From Candidatus Omnitrophota bacterium (lineage in GTDB: Bacteria; Omnitrophota; Gorgyraeia; JAHJTE01), in contig JAHJTE010000002.1 in assembly GCA_018830005.1 (NCBI GenBank), forward strand, positions 331,809 through 395,808: 64,000 nt of DNA, read 5' to 3'. The notes beneath the pieces are model-generated. The model had not been told where the DNA came from and ran no database searches. It saw only the letters and a list, made by a program, of their open reading frames with translations. This document shows positions 1-10,499 of the stretch, in pieces; within the stretch, counting starts at the first letter, position 1; the number at the start of each line of letters is the position of its first letter. The position numbers and the translations under genes were made by a program.

Positions 1-1202
1 AAAACTTTATAGCCATATCTATTTATAGTTTCAGACCGGCTAATTTCAGTTTCCTTAAGCATCTTAAGCGTCCCTATTGCTACGCTATCCAAGCGCAAAT
101 CAACAAGTTCATCTATTACATGCATAAATGAATTATAAGTTTCTCCTGGTAAGCCGAATATTATCTCTGTCGTAACATTAATGTTATTCTCGTGTGCCCA
201 TTTTACCGCCTCACGAAATTTTTCTAGCCTTATATTTTGCCTCCCGATATTTTTTAATACCGAGCCGGTCAACGTTTGGGAACTAATATTGAGCGGAATC
301 AAATCCCTTAATAACAAAATTATCTCTTTTATATTATTATTTACTTCCTTGTTGGTATATACGCGCAAGGCACTAGGATAGCTGCTCTTTGTTCGATTTT
401 GAGCAATGAATTTAGCTATCTCTAAATCTCTAGCAATAATACCGAAGTTTTCATCCGCAAAGCGAATTGTTCTATTTTTGGCATTGGCCTCTAAGTAACT
501 AATCTCTTTCTTTACTCTTTCTGTGTCAAATGAGCGTAGTCTATTCCAGGAATCCCTTGCAGAAACACAAAAAGAACATTTGAATGGACAACCTCTGCTA
601 GTCTGTAGAATCGGCATCAATTCGCTATTCAGAAATTGATCAAGGTATCCAGCCAGATAAGGCGACGGAAAAATATTGATATCTTCTATTAATGCCAATT
701 GTTTACCGCTGATTACTTGCTTCCTAGATCTAGATAAATAAAAGACACCATCAATAGAGGCTTGAAAAATAGCATCTCTGCCACCTTTAATGAAAACATT
801 TAGTAAATTAACAAAGGGAATCTCTCCCTCATTTGGAATCATAACATCTATACAAGGAAATTCCTCAAAATCCCTAAGACAATCTTGGGCTGTTTCAGGT
901 ACATTTGGTCCGCCTACAACTGTTATTATCTTTGGATACTTAGATTTCAAATAAGTTAATGCATTCGTAGTAAGCCAGCGACTCCAACCATACCAGGAGC
1001 ATCCAACAATATCAGGTTCTTTATTCTGAATCGCATTATGAAGCGACTCAAACGTCCTGAATAGCTTAATATCAACTGCCTCGCCTAATTTTGATACGGC
1101 ATAGGCCTTAATATAGCCTATTTCTAAAGGCACGGTAGCTGGACTAATCCCAAATTTGGTATTCGCAAGACTCGCTAAATATATCTGAACTTTTCTCTTC
1201 AA
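1..1202 (-). CDS. Cobalamin-binding radical SAM protein (runs off left edge; missing from ORF track)
   Basis: Manual translation from TTG at 1202 (after GAGG): MKRKVQIYLASLANTKFGISPATVPLEIGYIKAYA...EPDIVGCSWYGW...IITVVGGPNVP (B12-binding domain), GEIPF, then QTSRGCPFKCSFC (CxxxCxxC) and ADENFG. Frame is open to position 1. Confidence 0.85.
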   Translation of the reverse strand, partial: MKRKVQIYLASLANTKFGISPATVPLEIGYIKAYAVSKLGEAVDIKLFRTFESLHNAIQNKEPDIVGCSWYGWSRWLTTNALTYLKSKYPKIITVVGGPNVPETAQDCLRDFEEFPCIDVMIPNEGEIPFVNLLNVFIKGGRDAIFQASIDGVFYLSRSRKQVISGKQLALIEDINIFPSPYLAGYLDQFLNSELMPILQTSRGCPFKCSFCVSARDSWNRLRSFDTERVKKEISYLEANAKNRTIRFADENFGIIARDLEIAKFIAQNRTKSSYPSALRVYTNKEVNNNIKEIILLLRDLIPLNISSQTLTGSVLKNIGRQNIRLEKFREAVKWAHENNINVTTEIIFGLPGETYNSFMHVIDELVDLRLDSVAIGTLKMLKETEISRSETINRYGYKV

Positions 1203-1211
1203 CTCAAACCT

Positions 1212-1868
1212 CTAAAAAATTAACCTAGATACCTTTTTCAACAGAAACATTACGTCAACATTGTCATCCTTGCGGTATTTGAGAAATTTTATCTTCTTAA
1301 CCCTTAAATCTTCAAATGTATCCGTGTAGATCTTCGGAAAATTTGTCTTCCAAAGCAAACTTTTCTTGCCTCTATAGTTGATTTCATTATAATCTTCGGC
1401 AAAATACTCAAACCCCCAAATATATTTACGACTGCATCTATGTATCTCGCTAATAGCTTTTTTTATATCTTTGGGATTAATATGTATGAGGACCCCTGAG
1501 GTAAAAACAATATCAAAATATTTATCCTTAAAAGGCAAATCAAAGATATTCCCTTTCAGGATATTAATATTTTTAGTTCTTTTTCTTGATAGTCTAAGTG
1601 CATAATCCTGTGGTTCAATGCCATACAAATTTTTAAAACCCATCTTTTGCAGACATAGTAATTGATTAGCGATGTTGCATCCTACTTCCAGAATCCTAGC
1701 ATTGCGGTCAATTTTATTTAGAAAAAGCCTATTTAGAGAAGTTCTTGTTATGCCGAAAAGGCTTTTGTATAATTTATCTAAGTCAGCAAGGGAATTATAA
1801 TTCCTATCAGTATAGGCCTTACCAAATTTGCCTGTCCATTCTTTTAACTGTTTGCTTCTCTTAACCAT
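1212..1868 (-). CDS. Pseudaminic acid biosynthesis-associated SAM-dependent methyltransferase
   Basis: WTGKFGKAYTDRN N-terminus, ILEVGCNIANQL SAM motif I, FDIVFTSGVLIHI, YRG..LWK. ATG at 1868 preferred over 1883. Confidence 0.85.
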   Translation of the reverse strand: MVKRSKQLKEWTGKFGKAYTDRNYNSLADLDKLYKSLFGITRTSLNRLFLNKIDRNARILEVGCNIANQLLCLQKMGFKNLYGIEPQDYALRLSRKRTKNINILKGNIFDLPFKDKYFDIVFTSGVLIHINPKDIKKAISEIHRCSRKYIWGFEYFAEDYNEINYRGKKSLLWKTNFPKIYTDTFEDLRVKKIKFLKYRKDDNVDVMFLLKKVSRLIF

Positions 1869-3006
1869 TATTTTTGCCTTCAAGTAGATCTTTATACACC
1901 GGTTCTTTCAAGAGCCATTCCTCATTAATCTTTTCAAAGATTTCCTGATTCCAAAATTTATCTGCTATATGCCAAAATTGCTTTGGTGTATAGCCGGCAA
2001 ATTTTATAAAATCTTCCATTATCCATGGATCTAATTTATGGTCATTTTCCATAATAAGCCTTTTACCTTCTTCCTTAGTCAAGCTTCCTTCTCTGATACG
2101 TCGGCTTACAATATCAGTTGTTCTCTGGAAGCCAAATTTAGGATACTTTAACCAGAAATTAAGCAGATAAGCAACGGAGTCTATTTGTTCGAAGTCTTCA
2201 ATATAGCCTTCTCTCTTCCATTCATGAGTTAGGTCTTTAAAGCCATACCTTTTGGCAATCTCAAGATGCTCTGTACTACTCCAGGGAATAAAATAGCTCA
2301 TAAAGATTACCTGTGGGTCTACGCGTTCAAGCTCTTCTTTTGTGGGTGGGATAAAGGGATTTAATTCTTTTTGAGAAAAGCCTTTTTTTAGCCAAAAATC
2401 AATATCTATTGTATTAAAACCTTGGGTGGTTTCATCTAATATATAGCTGTTAGCTGAATGAGTTTCGCTATCTTCCTTGCCACAATACTCGTATTCTGAA
2501 TTCTCCCCAAATACGACCAAAGAAATTCCAAGCTTTACAGCCATCTTCAAGCTAACAGTATAGGCAGCTACCTCTACAAAGCGTAAAGGATCACCAAATT
2601 CCTCAAAACCTATCCTTGCTGCGCGCCTTAAGACATCAGTACTTAAATTAAATAGGATATGATCACAATTAAAGGCATCACCAATATTGGTAAAATTACT
2701 CAATCCGGCCTTGGTCTTTGTGTATGGATCACCAACTGTTAGAAGAATCGGGTTCATCTTCATTTCAGTCTTGATCACATGAAGCAAGAAATGGCTATCC
2801 TTTCCACCACTTACCGGAACCATACAATCATAAGGACCATCGTCTCTTCTATATTTATCACAGAGCTTCTTTAACTCAGCTTTCCTTTTTGCCCAATTAA
2901 CACTCTTACGCCTTTCATAACTACGACAGGCCCCGCATACACCCTGTTTATCAAAGATAATTCTAGGCCTAGTATCAGGTAATAGACATCTTTTACAATA
3001 CTTCAT
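1861..3006 (-). CDS. N-acetyl sugar amidotransferase (WbuX/PseA/WbpG family)
   Basis: MKYCKRCLLPDTRP...GVCGAC Zn motif, PP-loop VSGGKDS, KYPKFGF; located in a pse cluster. Confidence 0.9.
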   Translation of the reverse strand: MKYCKRCLLPDTRPRIIFDKQGVCGACRSYERRKSVNWAKRKAELKKLCDKYRRDDGPYDCMVPVSGGKDSHFLLHVIKTEMKMNPILLTVGDPYTKTKAGLSNFTNIGDAFNCDHILFNLSTDVLRRAARIGFEEFGDPLRFVEVAAYTVSLKMAVKLGISLVVFGENSEYEYCGKEDSETHSANSYILDETTQGFNTIDIDFWLKKGFSQKELNPFIPPTKEELERVDPQVIFMSYFIPWSSTEHLEIAKRYGFKDLTHEWKREGYIEDFEQIDSVAYLLNFWLKYPKFGFQRTTDIVSRRIREGSLTKEEGKRLIMENDHKLDPWIMEDFIKFAGYTPKQFWHIADKFWNQEIFEKINEEWLLKEPVYKDLLEGKNNG

Positions 3007-3034
3007 TTTATTCCCCTCTCTTTTTCTAAATTAT

Positions 3035-4213
3035 CTAACATGATTTTATTTTATTAAATACATCGAAGATTATCCTTACAGTATACTTTATATCTTTATC
3101 ACTCATGCCTTGGTGCAAGGGAATGCTTATTTCTCTCTGATAGAATTCCTCAGCCTTAGGACATAATCCCTTTTTATATCCTAACTTTCTATAATAGGGA
3201 TGCCAATAAACAGGAATATAGTGAACCTGAACACCTATTCTGTTTTTTCTTAATTCATCGAAAATTAAACTCTTTTTAGAAATATACTTATTTTTCAGCC
3301 TTATTGGATACAAATGCCAAGAAGACTTTACGCCTTTGCCTTCAATCGGTAAATCAAAATAATCATTGTCCAAAAAGAGCTTTCTGTATTTTTCTACAAT
3401 TTCTCTTCTTCTTTTTATAAATCTATCTAATTTCTTCAGTTGAGATATTCCTAAGGCACATTGAAAATCAGTTATTCGATAATTAAAACCTAACTCCTGC
3501 ATCTCATAGAACCAAACGCCAATGGACTTAGTATTCTTAACGCTGAATTTTCTTCTCTCCTTAGTGATGCCGTGGCTACGAAGCAATAAAAGTCTTTCAT
3601 ATAGATCTTTCCTATTAGTTAAAACCGCCCCTCCTTCACCGGTTGTAATTGGCTTAACCGGATGAAAGCTAAAAACCGACATATCGGAATATTTACATGA
3701 GCCGATCTTAGCCCCAACGTAGTCTGCGCCTAATGCATGAGTTGCGTCTTCAATAACAATCAGATTATGCTTCTTTCTAATCTTATTGATTTCTCCTAAA
3801 TCACAAGGATGTCCGGCAAAATGAACGGGTATTAGGGCCTTTGTTTTCCTATTTATATTTTTTTTAATATTAACTGGCTCGATATTCGCTGAATCTTGCT
3901 GAATATCGGCAAAAACAGGCCTAGCCCCACAATAGAGAACACAATTTGCTGAAGCAACAAAGGTCAAAGGAGAAGTTATCACTTCATTGCAAGGTTCTAT
4001 TCCAGCTGCAAGGCAGGCAATATGCAACGCTGCGGTCCCGCTTGATACTGCAACTGCATATTGCGCATTGCAATAAGAAGAAAGCCTATTTTCAAATTCA
4101 CTTACCTTTGGTCCTTGAGTAAGCCAATCAGAATGCAAGACGCTGTTAACAGCTTTTAAGTCGTCACTATCTACAGATTGCCTCGAATAAGGTATAAATT
4201 TTCTATTAGGCAT
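3035..4213 (-). CDS. pseC: UDP-4-amino-4,6-dideoxy-N-acetyl-beta-L-altrosamine transaminase
   Basis: IPYSRQS, WLTQGP, SFHPVK(PLP Lys)PITTGEGG, YEMQELGFNYR; directly downstream of pseB. Confidence 0.92.
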   Translation of the reverse strand: MPNRKFIPYSRQSVDSDDLKAVNSVLHSDWLTQGPKVSEFENRLSSYCNAQYAVAVSSGTAALHIACLAAGIEPCNEVITSPLTFVASANCVLYCGARPVFADIQQDSANIEPVNIKKNINRKTKALIPVHFAGHPCDLGEINKIRKKHNLIVIEDATHALGADYVGAKIGSCKYSDMSVFSFHPVKPITTGEGGAVLTNRKDLYERLLLLRSHGITKERRKFSVKNTKSIGVWFYEMQELGFNYRITDFQCALGISQLKKLDRFIKRRREIVEKYRKLFLDNDYFDLPIEGKGVKSSWHLYPIRLKNKYISKKSLIFDELRKNRIGVQVHYIPVYWHPYYRKLGYKKGLCPKAEEFYQREISIPLHQGMSDKDIKYTVRIIFDVFNKIKSC

Positions 4214-5186
4214 TGTCTCTTTTTAATAACTTTTTCATCTGGCTCTTGGTAAGCCATCTCGGATTTTGATCACTACTATATCTAAAGCCATGATTTAATT
4301 TCTTCCCGCCTTTAAAATTTTTATCACTCCACCAATGAAAATCAGGCTCAATTATATAATAACCTTCGAATTCCCTCGTATGCCTAGCCTCATCTTCTGT
4401 CACCAATGCCTCGTGCATCTTCTCACCTGGTCTAATTCCTATTTGCTTAATCTTACAATCGGGAAGAATCAAATTTGCCAGATCTAAAATCTTCATACTG
4501 GGGATTTTTGGAACAAATACCTCGCCACCATTCATCATTTCAATACACTTAATAACAAAATTGACTCCTTGCTCTAAGGTAATCCAGAATCTTGTCATCC
4601 GCTTATCAGTAATTGTGAGCTCGCCAGATTTTTTCTGTTCTTTGAATTTTGGAATAACGCTTCCGCGACTTCCTATTACATTGCCATAGCGAACACAGCT
4701 AAACTTCGTTTTAGACTTTCCTGAATAAGAATTACCTTGAACAAAAATCTTTTCTGCACAAAGCTTTGTGGCCCCATATAGATTTATCGGGTTTACTGCC
4801 TTATCAGTGCTTAAAGCCATTACCTTATGTACTTTGTTATCTATAGCTGCATCTATTATATTCTGGGCACCGATGATGTTTGTCTTTACTGCCTCAAAAG
4901 GATTATATTCGCATGATGGCACCTGTTTTAAGGCCGCAGCGTGCACAACAATGTCAACGCTATCCATCGCCCTTTCTAATCTTTCTCTATCCCTTATATC
5001 GCCAATAAAAAATCTTAAATGTTCATTATTATTAAACTTTTTCTCCATCTCCCATTGCTTTAATTCATCCCGGCTAAAGATTCGTATAGCCTCTGGCTTA
5101 AATTTTTTCAGGACTATTTCTGTAAATTTTTGACCAAAAGATCCGGTTCCACCGGTGAGTAGTATTATTTTTCCATTCAAAGACAT
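4206..5186 (-). CDS. pseB: UDP-N-acetylglucosamine 4,6-dehydratase (inverting)
   Basis: TGGTGSFG, FSRDELKQ, HAAALKQVP, STDKA, YGATK, RYGNV.GSRGSV, GIRPGEK. Confidence 0.95.
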   Translation of the reverse strand: MSLNGKIILLTGGTGSFGQKFTEIVLKKFKPEAIRIFSRDELKQWEMEKKFNNNEHLRFFIGDIRDRERLERAMDSVDIVVHAAALKQVPSCEYNPFEAVKTNIIGAQNIIDAAIDNKVHKVMALSTDKAVNPINLYGATKLCAEKIFVQGNSYSGKSKTKFSCVRYGNVIGSRGSVIPKFKEQKKSGELTITDKRMTRFWITLEQGVNFVIKCIEMMNGGEVFVPKIPSMKILDLANLILPDCKIKQIGIRPGEKMHEALVTEDEARHTREFEGYYIIEPDFHWWSDKNFKGGKKLNHGFRYSSDQNPRWLTKSQMKKLLKRDNA

Positions 5187-5207
5187 AACGCCTCCTCCAA
5201 ATATTAT

Positions 5208-7556
5208 TTAAATCTTATTAAAAACCAGATTGAAAAGGAACTTTCTAAATCTAAATCTATTTGCATAGTCATCAATCCTGCTTGATAATGAAAGACTATT
5301 GCGCTGACTCAAAAATGAACGCATGTTTTTATCAGTCTTTATTAGATTAACTTTGCTAAGCCGGCAGACTAAGCTATCATAGTCTTGCTCGAGGAATCTA
5401 ATCTTAGAAAACCAATAGCGACTTGCCTGGAAATCCTTGGACTCATATTCTAAATATGATAGAAAAAAAAGACATTGGATATATTCATCTATCTCTTCAT
5501 CTAATATCTGCCAAATATAGCTAACCCTTTCCAACACTGTCTTTTCATGGATTAGGCCATATTCTGGCTTACTATATTGCAGTTTATAGAAAGATGTTAC
5601 TTTATTAACCCAACTATGCATATCCCCCATGGTAATCCATCTTAAGTCTTCTATCTTTAAGTCAGATAACAAATAATTGAACAAAAACGGCCTTTTCTCT
5701 ACCGCTTGCCTAAACAAATTATTGGCCTGTCTATAACGTTTAAGTTTTAATTGCTCAATCCCAGAGTTGAAAAGTTGCGAAAAAGGACTGCTGTTTTTAC
5801 CCTCTGAATTATTTATTCTATATCCTTCTAAAGAATAATTTAAAGAAACCTCATTAACATTCGGAACTTGATTGAATTTAATTCTTACTGGAACCTTATC
5901 AAAGACCTGGGCAAAAACATACCTTGCATTATCATTATATTTGTCAGTAGCAGAGAATCCTTTATAATGGGCAAATTCTACGGGTTTAATTTTATTCACA
6001 TAAATATCTTCAACACCAAGTTTATCTAGGCCGTAAGTATCTTCTAAATTGCTTCTGATCACGTTTGCGGCTCGTATAAAATCATAAGTCATGAAACTAT
6101 TCACCAGCTTACCCCTGAATAAAGCTAATTTTATTGCCATTAGATTAGGTAAACAAAGGAGAACGAGCAAAAAAACTAAGATTGTCTCCTTTGTCATTAT
6201 TTTTAATCTTGTCGAATCCAATAAATGCATAATAAAATAGAATAGAACAGAACAAAACGCAATACAAAATATTGGAGACAAAAAGATAAAATATCGAGAA
6301 GGAATAGGATTACGTAAATATAGATACCCTAAAGCAAAAAGATACCAAACCCCTAATGTTATAAGCGACTTGTTTTCGAGAACAAACTTTTTAATAAAGA
6401 TAATTATTATCAAAATCCCCAGTATAAGACTATAGGAGTCAAGCTGAAACGGTATAAAATGATAAGTCCGCACAGAGTCGATTAAGAAAACATTCGTCAA
6501 AGGATGTATAAATGAAGCCAAAATACCTAAAAATGGCACTAAAAAATTATATGGTATTAGGAGTCTCTTCGCACCGCCCATTGCAATCAATAACAAAGCT
6601 AAAACAAACAATGCTATTATTGATAGCCACTTTAATTTTTTTATAAAATGATTGAATTGGGGTAATCGTAATATTACCCTTAACGTAAATAAACAAAATG
6701 CTCCCGAAAAAAACATTATTAGATACTTTGTAAATATAGGGATGTTAACATTGTGGAAAAACATAAATAGGCGTGTCTCGCCAAATGCAAATGTAACTAA
6801 AGGATATATTAGATAAGTAGCAAATAGGGGTAACCAGATATCATACTTTCTAATTCTCTCATCATGATTTTTTGAGCAGAATAATATATGAGTCATTATC
6901 ATTGCAGGCAGAATAAAAATACTTGCCCGGCTAAAAGAAGCAACTAGATTAAATATCAAGGTTAAAATATAATAGCTTCTGTATTTTTTATTGCTGCTAA
7001 TGAGTTCGTCTGTTCTCAGATAAAAATTTAAAACAAATAAAATAAAAAAGACTACTATCAAGTGCTGAAAGGCCATTGGCCACATGTAGGCATGAAAATG
7101 GGCAAAAAGCGTCAGATATACTAAAGCGGAAAAAAAGCTGATTTTTGAATTTAGGCCCAATTTCTTACAGACAAAAAATAACAAAATAGAACAAGCAAAA
7201 TGAAATAAAACAGAGACAAATATGAAATACCTCGCTAATGGTCCAAACAAAGACATAATAATAAAGCTATAAATCTTTAATGATGCGCTTGCCTGTTCTA
7301 TTGGCAGCTGACTAAAGAAAAATCTAATTAATTGAAATACCGATAGATTCTTTGCCTCTTGTGCAACCGTGGGTAAAAGCCAGAGCAGATCTTCTTCAAA
7401 AAAAGTATTTATAGCATGTGAATAAATAACTTTTATAAATAACGCAGATAAAAATATGCCAACACAGATATAGATCAATCTTATCGTGTTTATTTGCGAA
7501 AGTTTACTTACTCTATTGTGAAAAAAATTCTTCATGTGATTATTGCCTGTCAACAA
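5208..7556 (-). CDS. Polytopic membrane protein, probable GT-C fold glycosyltransferase with C-terminal helical/TPR-like soluble domain
   Basis: About 12-13 hydrophobic segments; acidic FFEED motif after TM1; SRYF motif after a late TM; roughly 290 aa soluble helical C-terminus. Start may be the ATG at 7535. Confidence 0.6.
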   Translation of the reverse strand: MLTGNNHMKNFFHNRVSKLSQINTIRLIYICVGIFLSALFIKVIYSHAINTFFEEDLLWLLPTVAQEAKNLSVFQLIRFFFSQLPIEQASASLKIYSFIIMSLFGPLARYFIFVSVLFHFACSILLFFVCKKLGLNSKISFFSALVYLTLFAHFHAYMWPMAFQHLIVVFFILFVLNFYLRTDELISSNKKYRSYYILTLIFNLVASFSRASIFILPAMIMTHILFCSKNHDERIRKYDIWLPLFATYLIYPLVTFAFGETRLFMFFHNVNIPIFTKYLIMFFSGAFCLFTLRVILRLPQFNHFIKKLKWLSIIALFVLALLLIAMGGAKRLLIPYNFLVPFLGILASFIHPLTNVFLIDSVRTYHFIPFQLDSYSLILGILIIIIFIKKFVLENKSLITLGVWYLFALGYLYLRNPIPSRYFIFLSPIFCIAFCSVLFYFIMHLLDSTRLKIMTKETILVFLLVLLCLPNLMAIKLALFRGKLVNSFMTYDFIRAANVIRSNLEDTYGLDKLGVEDIYVNKIKPVEFAHYKGFSATDKYNDNARYVFAQVFDKVPVRIKFNQVPNVNEVSLNYSLEGYRINNSEGKNSSPFSQLFNSGIEQLKLKRYRQANNLFRQAVEKRPFLFNYLLSDLKIEDLRWITMGDMHSWVNKVTSFYKLQYSKPEYGLIHEKTVLERVSYIWQILDEEIDEYIQCLFFLSYLEYESKDFQASRYWFSKIRFLEQDYDSLVCRLSKVNLIKTDKNMRSFLSQRNSLSLSSRIDDYANRFRFRKFLFNLVFNKI

Positions 7557-8511
7557 ATTGCCTATTCTTTACTCTTTTTAAATACCATTGATAGGTAATC
7601 TCCAAGCCTGCTTTAAGCTCAACCTTTGGTTTCCAGCCTAAAGAAGTTAAACTACTTGTATCAAGCAGTTTCCTGAAAACCCCGTCTGGTTTCTTGGTAT
7701 CAAATTTAATAGTCCCTTTAAAACCCACGATTTTCTTTAGCAATAGACTTAGGCTTTTTATAGAAATATCCCTGCCAGTTCCGACATTGATAGGCTCTAG
7801 GAAATTGCTTTTATTCATAAGAAATATACCTGCATCCACCAAATCATCTACATATATAAACTCTCTTCGAGGTCTTCCGGAACCCCAAATAGTAACGCTC
7901 CTTTTTTTTCTAATCTTTGCTTCATGAAATCTTCGCATAAGTGCAGGAATTACATGAGAGTTATTTGGATTAAAATTATCATCTGGACCAAACGTAGTAG
8001 CTGGTATTACTGAAATAAAATTAGTTCTGTATTCTCGATTATAGGCTTGGCACATCTTGATGCCGGATAATTTTGCTACTGCATATGGCTCATTAGTCTG
8101 CTCCAGGGGACCACTCAATAAATACCCTTCCTTCATTGGTTGCGGACATTTCCTAGGATAAACACAGGAAGAAGCAAAAAACAAAAGCCTCTTTACTTTC
8201 ACCTGCCAAGCTGAGTGGATTACGTTAGCCTGAATTAATAAATTCTCATAAATTAATTCTGCCGGTTGTGAAATATTAGCTGCGATACCCCCTTCTTTAA
8301 CTGAAGGTAAAAAACAATATTCTACTCTTTCTTTTTTAAAAAACGAAAACACCTGCTTCTGATCAGTAAGATTAAGCTTGTATGCATCACTTAAAAACAA
8401 GTCAACAAACCCAAGCTGCTTCAACTTAAGAGATAAAGTTCGACCTACTAATCCACTGCCTCCGGCAATAAAAATTCTTGATTTCTTATTCATAGGCGCA
8501 AATTTGAGCAA
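7540..8511 (-). CDS. fcl: GDP-L-fucose synthase/ColC-like GDP-4-keto-sugar epimerase-reductase
   Basis: GGSGLVG, GGIAAN, SSCVYP (catalytic Cys), [19 protein letters not shown] (catalytic His), WGSG.PRREF. Start may be 8493. Confidence 0.88.
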   Translation of the reverse strand: MLKFAPMNKKSRIFIAGGSGLVGRTLSLKLKQLGFVDLFLSDAYKLNLTDQKQVFSFFKKERVEYCFLPSVKEGGIAANISQPAELIYENLLIQANVIHSAWQVKVKRLLFFASSCVYPRKCPQPMKEGYLLSGPLEQTNEPYAVAKLSGIKMCQAYNREYRTNFISVIPATTFGPDDNFNPNNSHVIPALMRRFHEAKIRKKRSVTIWGSGRPRREFIYVDDLVDAGIFLMNKSNFLEPINVGTGRDISIKSLSLLLKKIVGFKGTIKFDTKKPDGVFRKLLDTSSLTSLGWKPKVELKAGLEITYQWYLKRVKNRQFVDRQ

Positions 8512-8525
8512 AAATCCTATTGACC

Positions 8526-9728
8526 TTATTCCTTTAGAAAATTCCTGATTACGTTAAGAACGTAATCGAGTTCAGTTCTGCCCATATCCTGATGGATGCC
8601 GATATGTAAACCCTTTTCTCCCATATATTCTGCATTAGGAAATTCTCCTATTCTTTTTCCTAAAAATTTAAATCCGGGACATTGTGTGGGCATTGACAAA
8701 AAGAGATTACGCGTATCGATTCCATTTTTTTCTAAGAAGAAGACAAGCTTATCCCTGCTGAATTTAACGTCTTCAGCAATGATTATAGGAAAGGCATGTG
8801 GTCCGATCTCCTCATGAGGCTCTTCTTTAATCGTATAAAGAAAAGGCTCGAACTCTTTAAATTTCTCTATCATGTATAATAAATTTTGGCGTCTTTTTTT
8901 CAAAATCTGAGGGTAGATATCGATGTTGCCTAAGCCGATTGCTGCTTCTAATTCGTTCATCTTGGCCGAGAATCCTATGCGTTCAAAAATGAATCTAATG
9001 TCTCTATTTTGACCGTACTTGAATCTCTTGTCGCAATATCCGGAAGAGGTATTTAGTATGCAGCTTTCACATTTACAAGCTCTTCCGTGAGCCCTAAGGG
9101 AACGTAAAATTTCAGCAAAATCTCCTCTATCTGTAACAACCATGCCACCTTCTACTGTAGTTATCATATGTGCCACATAGAGACTAAAGGCCGCCATATC
9201 AGCCAATGTTCCTACCTGTCTTCCTTTGTATACTGTTCCATAGGCCTCAGCCGCATCCTCAATAACGAAAAGTTTATGTTTTTTGGCAATAGCGTTAATT
9301 GTATCCATTTCAGCAGGTTTACCCATAAGATGAACAGACATTATAGCCCTTGTCTTTTTAGTTATAGCTTCCTCTATTTTTAAAGGATCAATATTCAATG
9401 TCTTTCTATCAATATCGACAAATACAGGTGTAAAACCAGCCTGGAGAACAGAATTACCTGTACTAACAAAAGAAAGTGCTGGTACAATAATTTCATCGCC
9501 TCGCTTTGCACCAAAGTCATAGCAGACCGCCATGGCAAGACAATCAGCATCTGTTCCAGAACTTACGGCGATCGCCTCTTTTGTGCCGATAACATCAGCA
9601 AAGTTTTTCTCCAATTCTCTCACGTACTTGCCACCCGAAACTCTATTTGAAGAGAGAATCTTCTCAATAAGTTCTCTTGACTTATGGGTGATGGAAATAG
9701 TTCCAAAAGCAATTCTCATTTTTTTCAT
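8526..9728 (-). CDS. DegT/DnrJ-fold PLP/PMP enzyme with His replacing the Schiff-base Lys; probable NDP-4-keto-6-deoxysugar 3-dehydratase (E1/RfbH/ColD-like)
   Basis: [14 protein letters not shown] aligns with PseC SFHPVKPITTGEGG (K->H). Cys cluster [23 protein letters not shown]. Confidence 0.8.
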   Translation of the reverse strand: MKKMRIAFGTISITHKSRELIEKILSSNRVSGGKYVRELEKNFADVIGTKEAIAVSSGTDADCLAMAVCYDFGAKRGDEIIVPALSFVSTGNSVLQAGFTPVFVDIDRKTLNIDPLKIEEAITKKTRAIMSVHLMGKPAEMDTINAIAKKHKLFVIEDAAEAYGTVYKGRQVGTLADMAAFSLYVAHMITTVEGGMVVTDRGDFAEILRSLRAHGRACKCESCILNTSSGYCDKRFKYGQNRDIRFIFERIGFSAKMNELEAAIGLGNIDIYPQILKKRRQNLLYMIEKFKEFEPFLYTIKEEPHEEIGPHAFPIIIAEDVKFSRDKLVFFLEKNGIDTRNLFLSMPTQCPGFKFLGKRIGEFPNAEYMGEKGLHIGIHQDMGRTELDYVLNVIRNFLKE

Positions 9729-9788
9729 TTTTTATTTTTCCTAAAATATACTTAGGGTTCTCATCAAGGACTGCTGTGATCAATTCTT

Positions 9789-10499
9789 TCATTTTAAAAT
9801 TTTCTGGGCTTGCCGATATCTTTCTGGTGTTCCAATGTCAATAAAATCTGCGTCTGTCTTATACCCGTAAAAATCACTTTTAGTAATTTTGGGGAAAAGT
9901 TGTCGCTCTAGAGAAAAATTCTTATCAGATGGAATCATAGAAAATATCCTATTGTCAAAAAGATAAATCCCAGCACTTATAAAACAGCCTTCTCCTGTGT
10001 CCACTTTCTCATCAAATTTCAAAATCCTATCTGAATCCCCTATGCTAACAATGCCATAATCAGCTGCTTGTTCACTTTTAAGTAATACAGCTGAAAACAA
10101 TGCCTTTCTTTCGATATGAAACTTTATAAATTCCACAAGATCTAATTTACACAATGAATCCCCGTTTAAAACTAAAAAGGTAGGGCTTTTTATTAAGCTT
10201 TTAGCATTCTTTATTGCCCCTGCGGTACCCAATGGCTTTAACTCTTGGCTAAAACTTATCCTTAGATTCCTCAATTTATCCTTATAGTAGCTCTTAATTA
10301 AATCTGATTTATATCCTGTGCAAAGAATAAAGTGTTTAAATCCGAAGTTCGCAATATAATCAATCAGAATATCTAAAAAGGCGCGTCCATTAATTTCAGC
10401 CAGGACTTTTGGCCGATCATTCACAGCCGACTTAAGACGTTCGCCTTTTCCTCCACAAAGCAAAACTACATCTATAGATTCTGTCTCGATGCTATTCAT
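9789..10499 (-). CDS. hddC: Sugar-1-phosphate nucleotidyltransferase, D-glycero-alpha-D-manno-heptose 1-phosphate guanylyltransferase-like
   Basis: LLCGGKGERL, RPKVLA, PLGTAGA, LNGDS, FIDIGTPE; overlaps the GHMP kinase gene. Confidence 0.8.
   Translation of the reverse strand: MNSIETESIDVVLLCGGKGERLKSAVNDRPKVLAEINGRAFLDILIDYIANFGFKHFILCTGYKSDLIKSYYKDKLRNLRISFSQELKPLGTAGAIKNAKSLIKSPTFLVLNGDSLCKLDLVEFIKFHIERKALFSAVLLKSEQAADYGIVSIGDSDRILKFDEKVDTGEGCFISAGIYLFDNRIFSMIPSDKNFSLERQLFPKITKSDFYGYKTDADFIDIGTPERYRQAQKILK

Noticed and set aside
181-381. 66-aa plus-strand ORF, and the other short plus-strand or nested ORFs in the track (e.g. 4768..5133, 10581..11054, 38956..39435, 58796..59212)
   Set aside because: All lie antisense to, or nested in, well-supported minus-strand genes and show no motifs. 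181..381 is opposite the B12 radical SAM.
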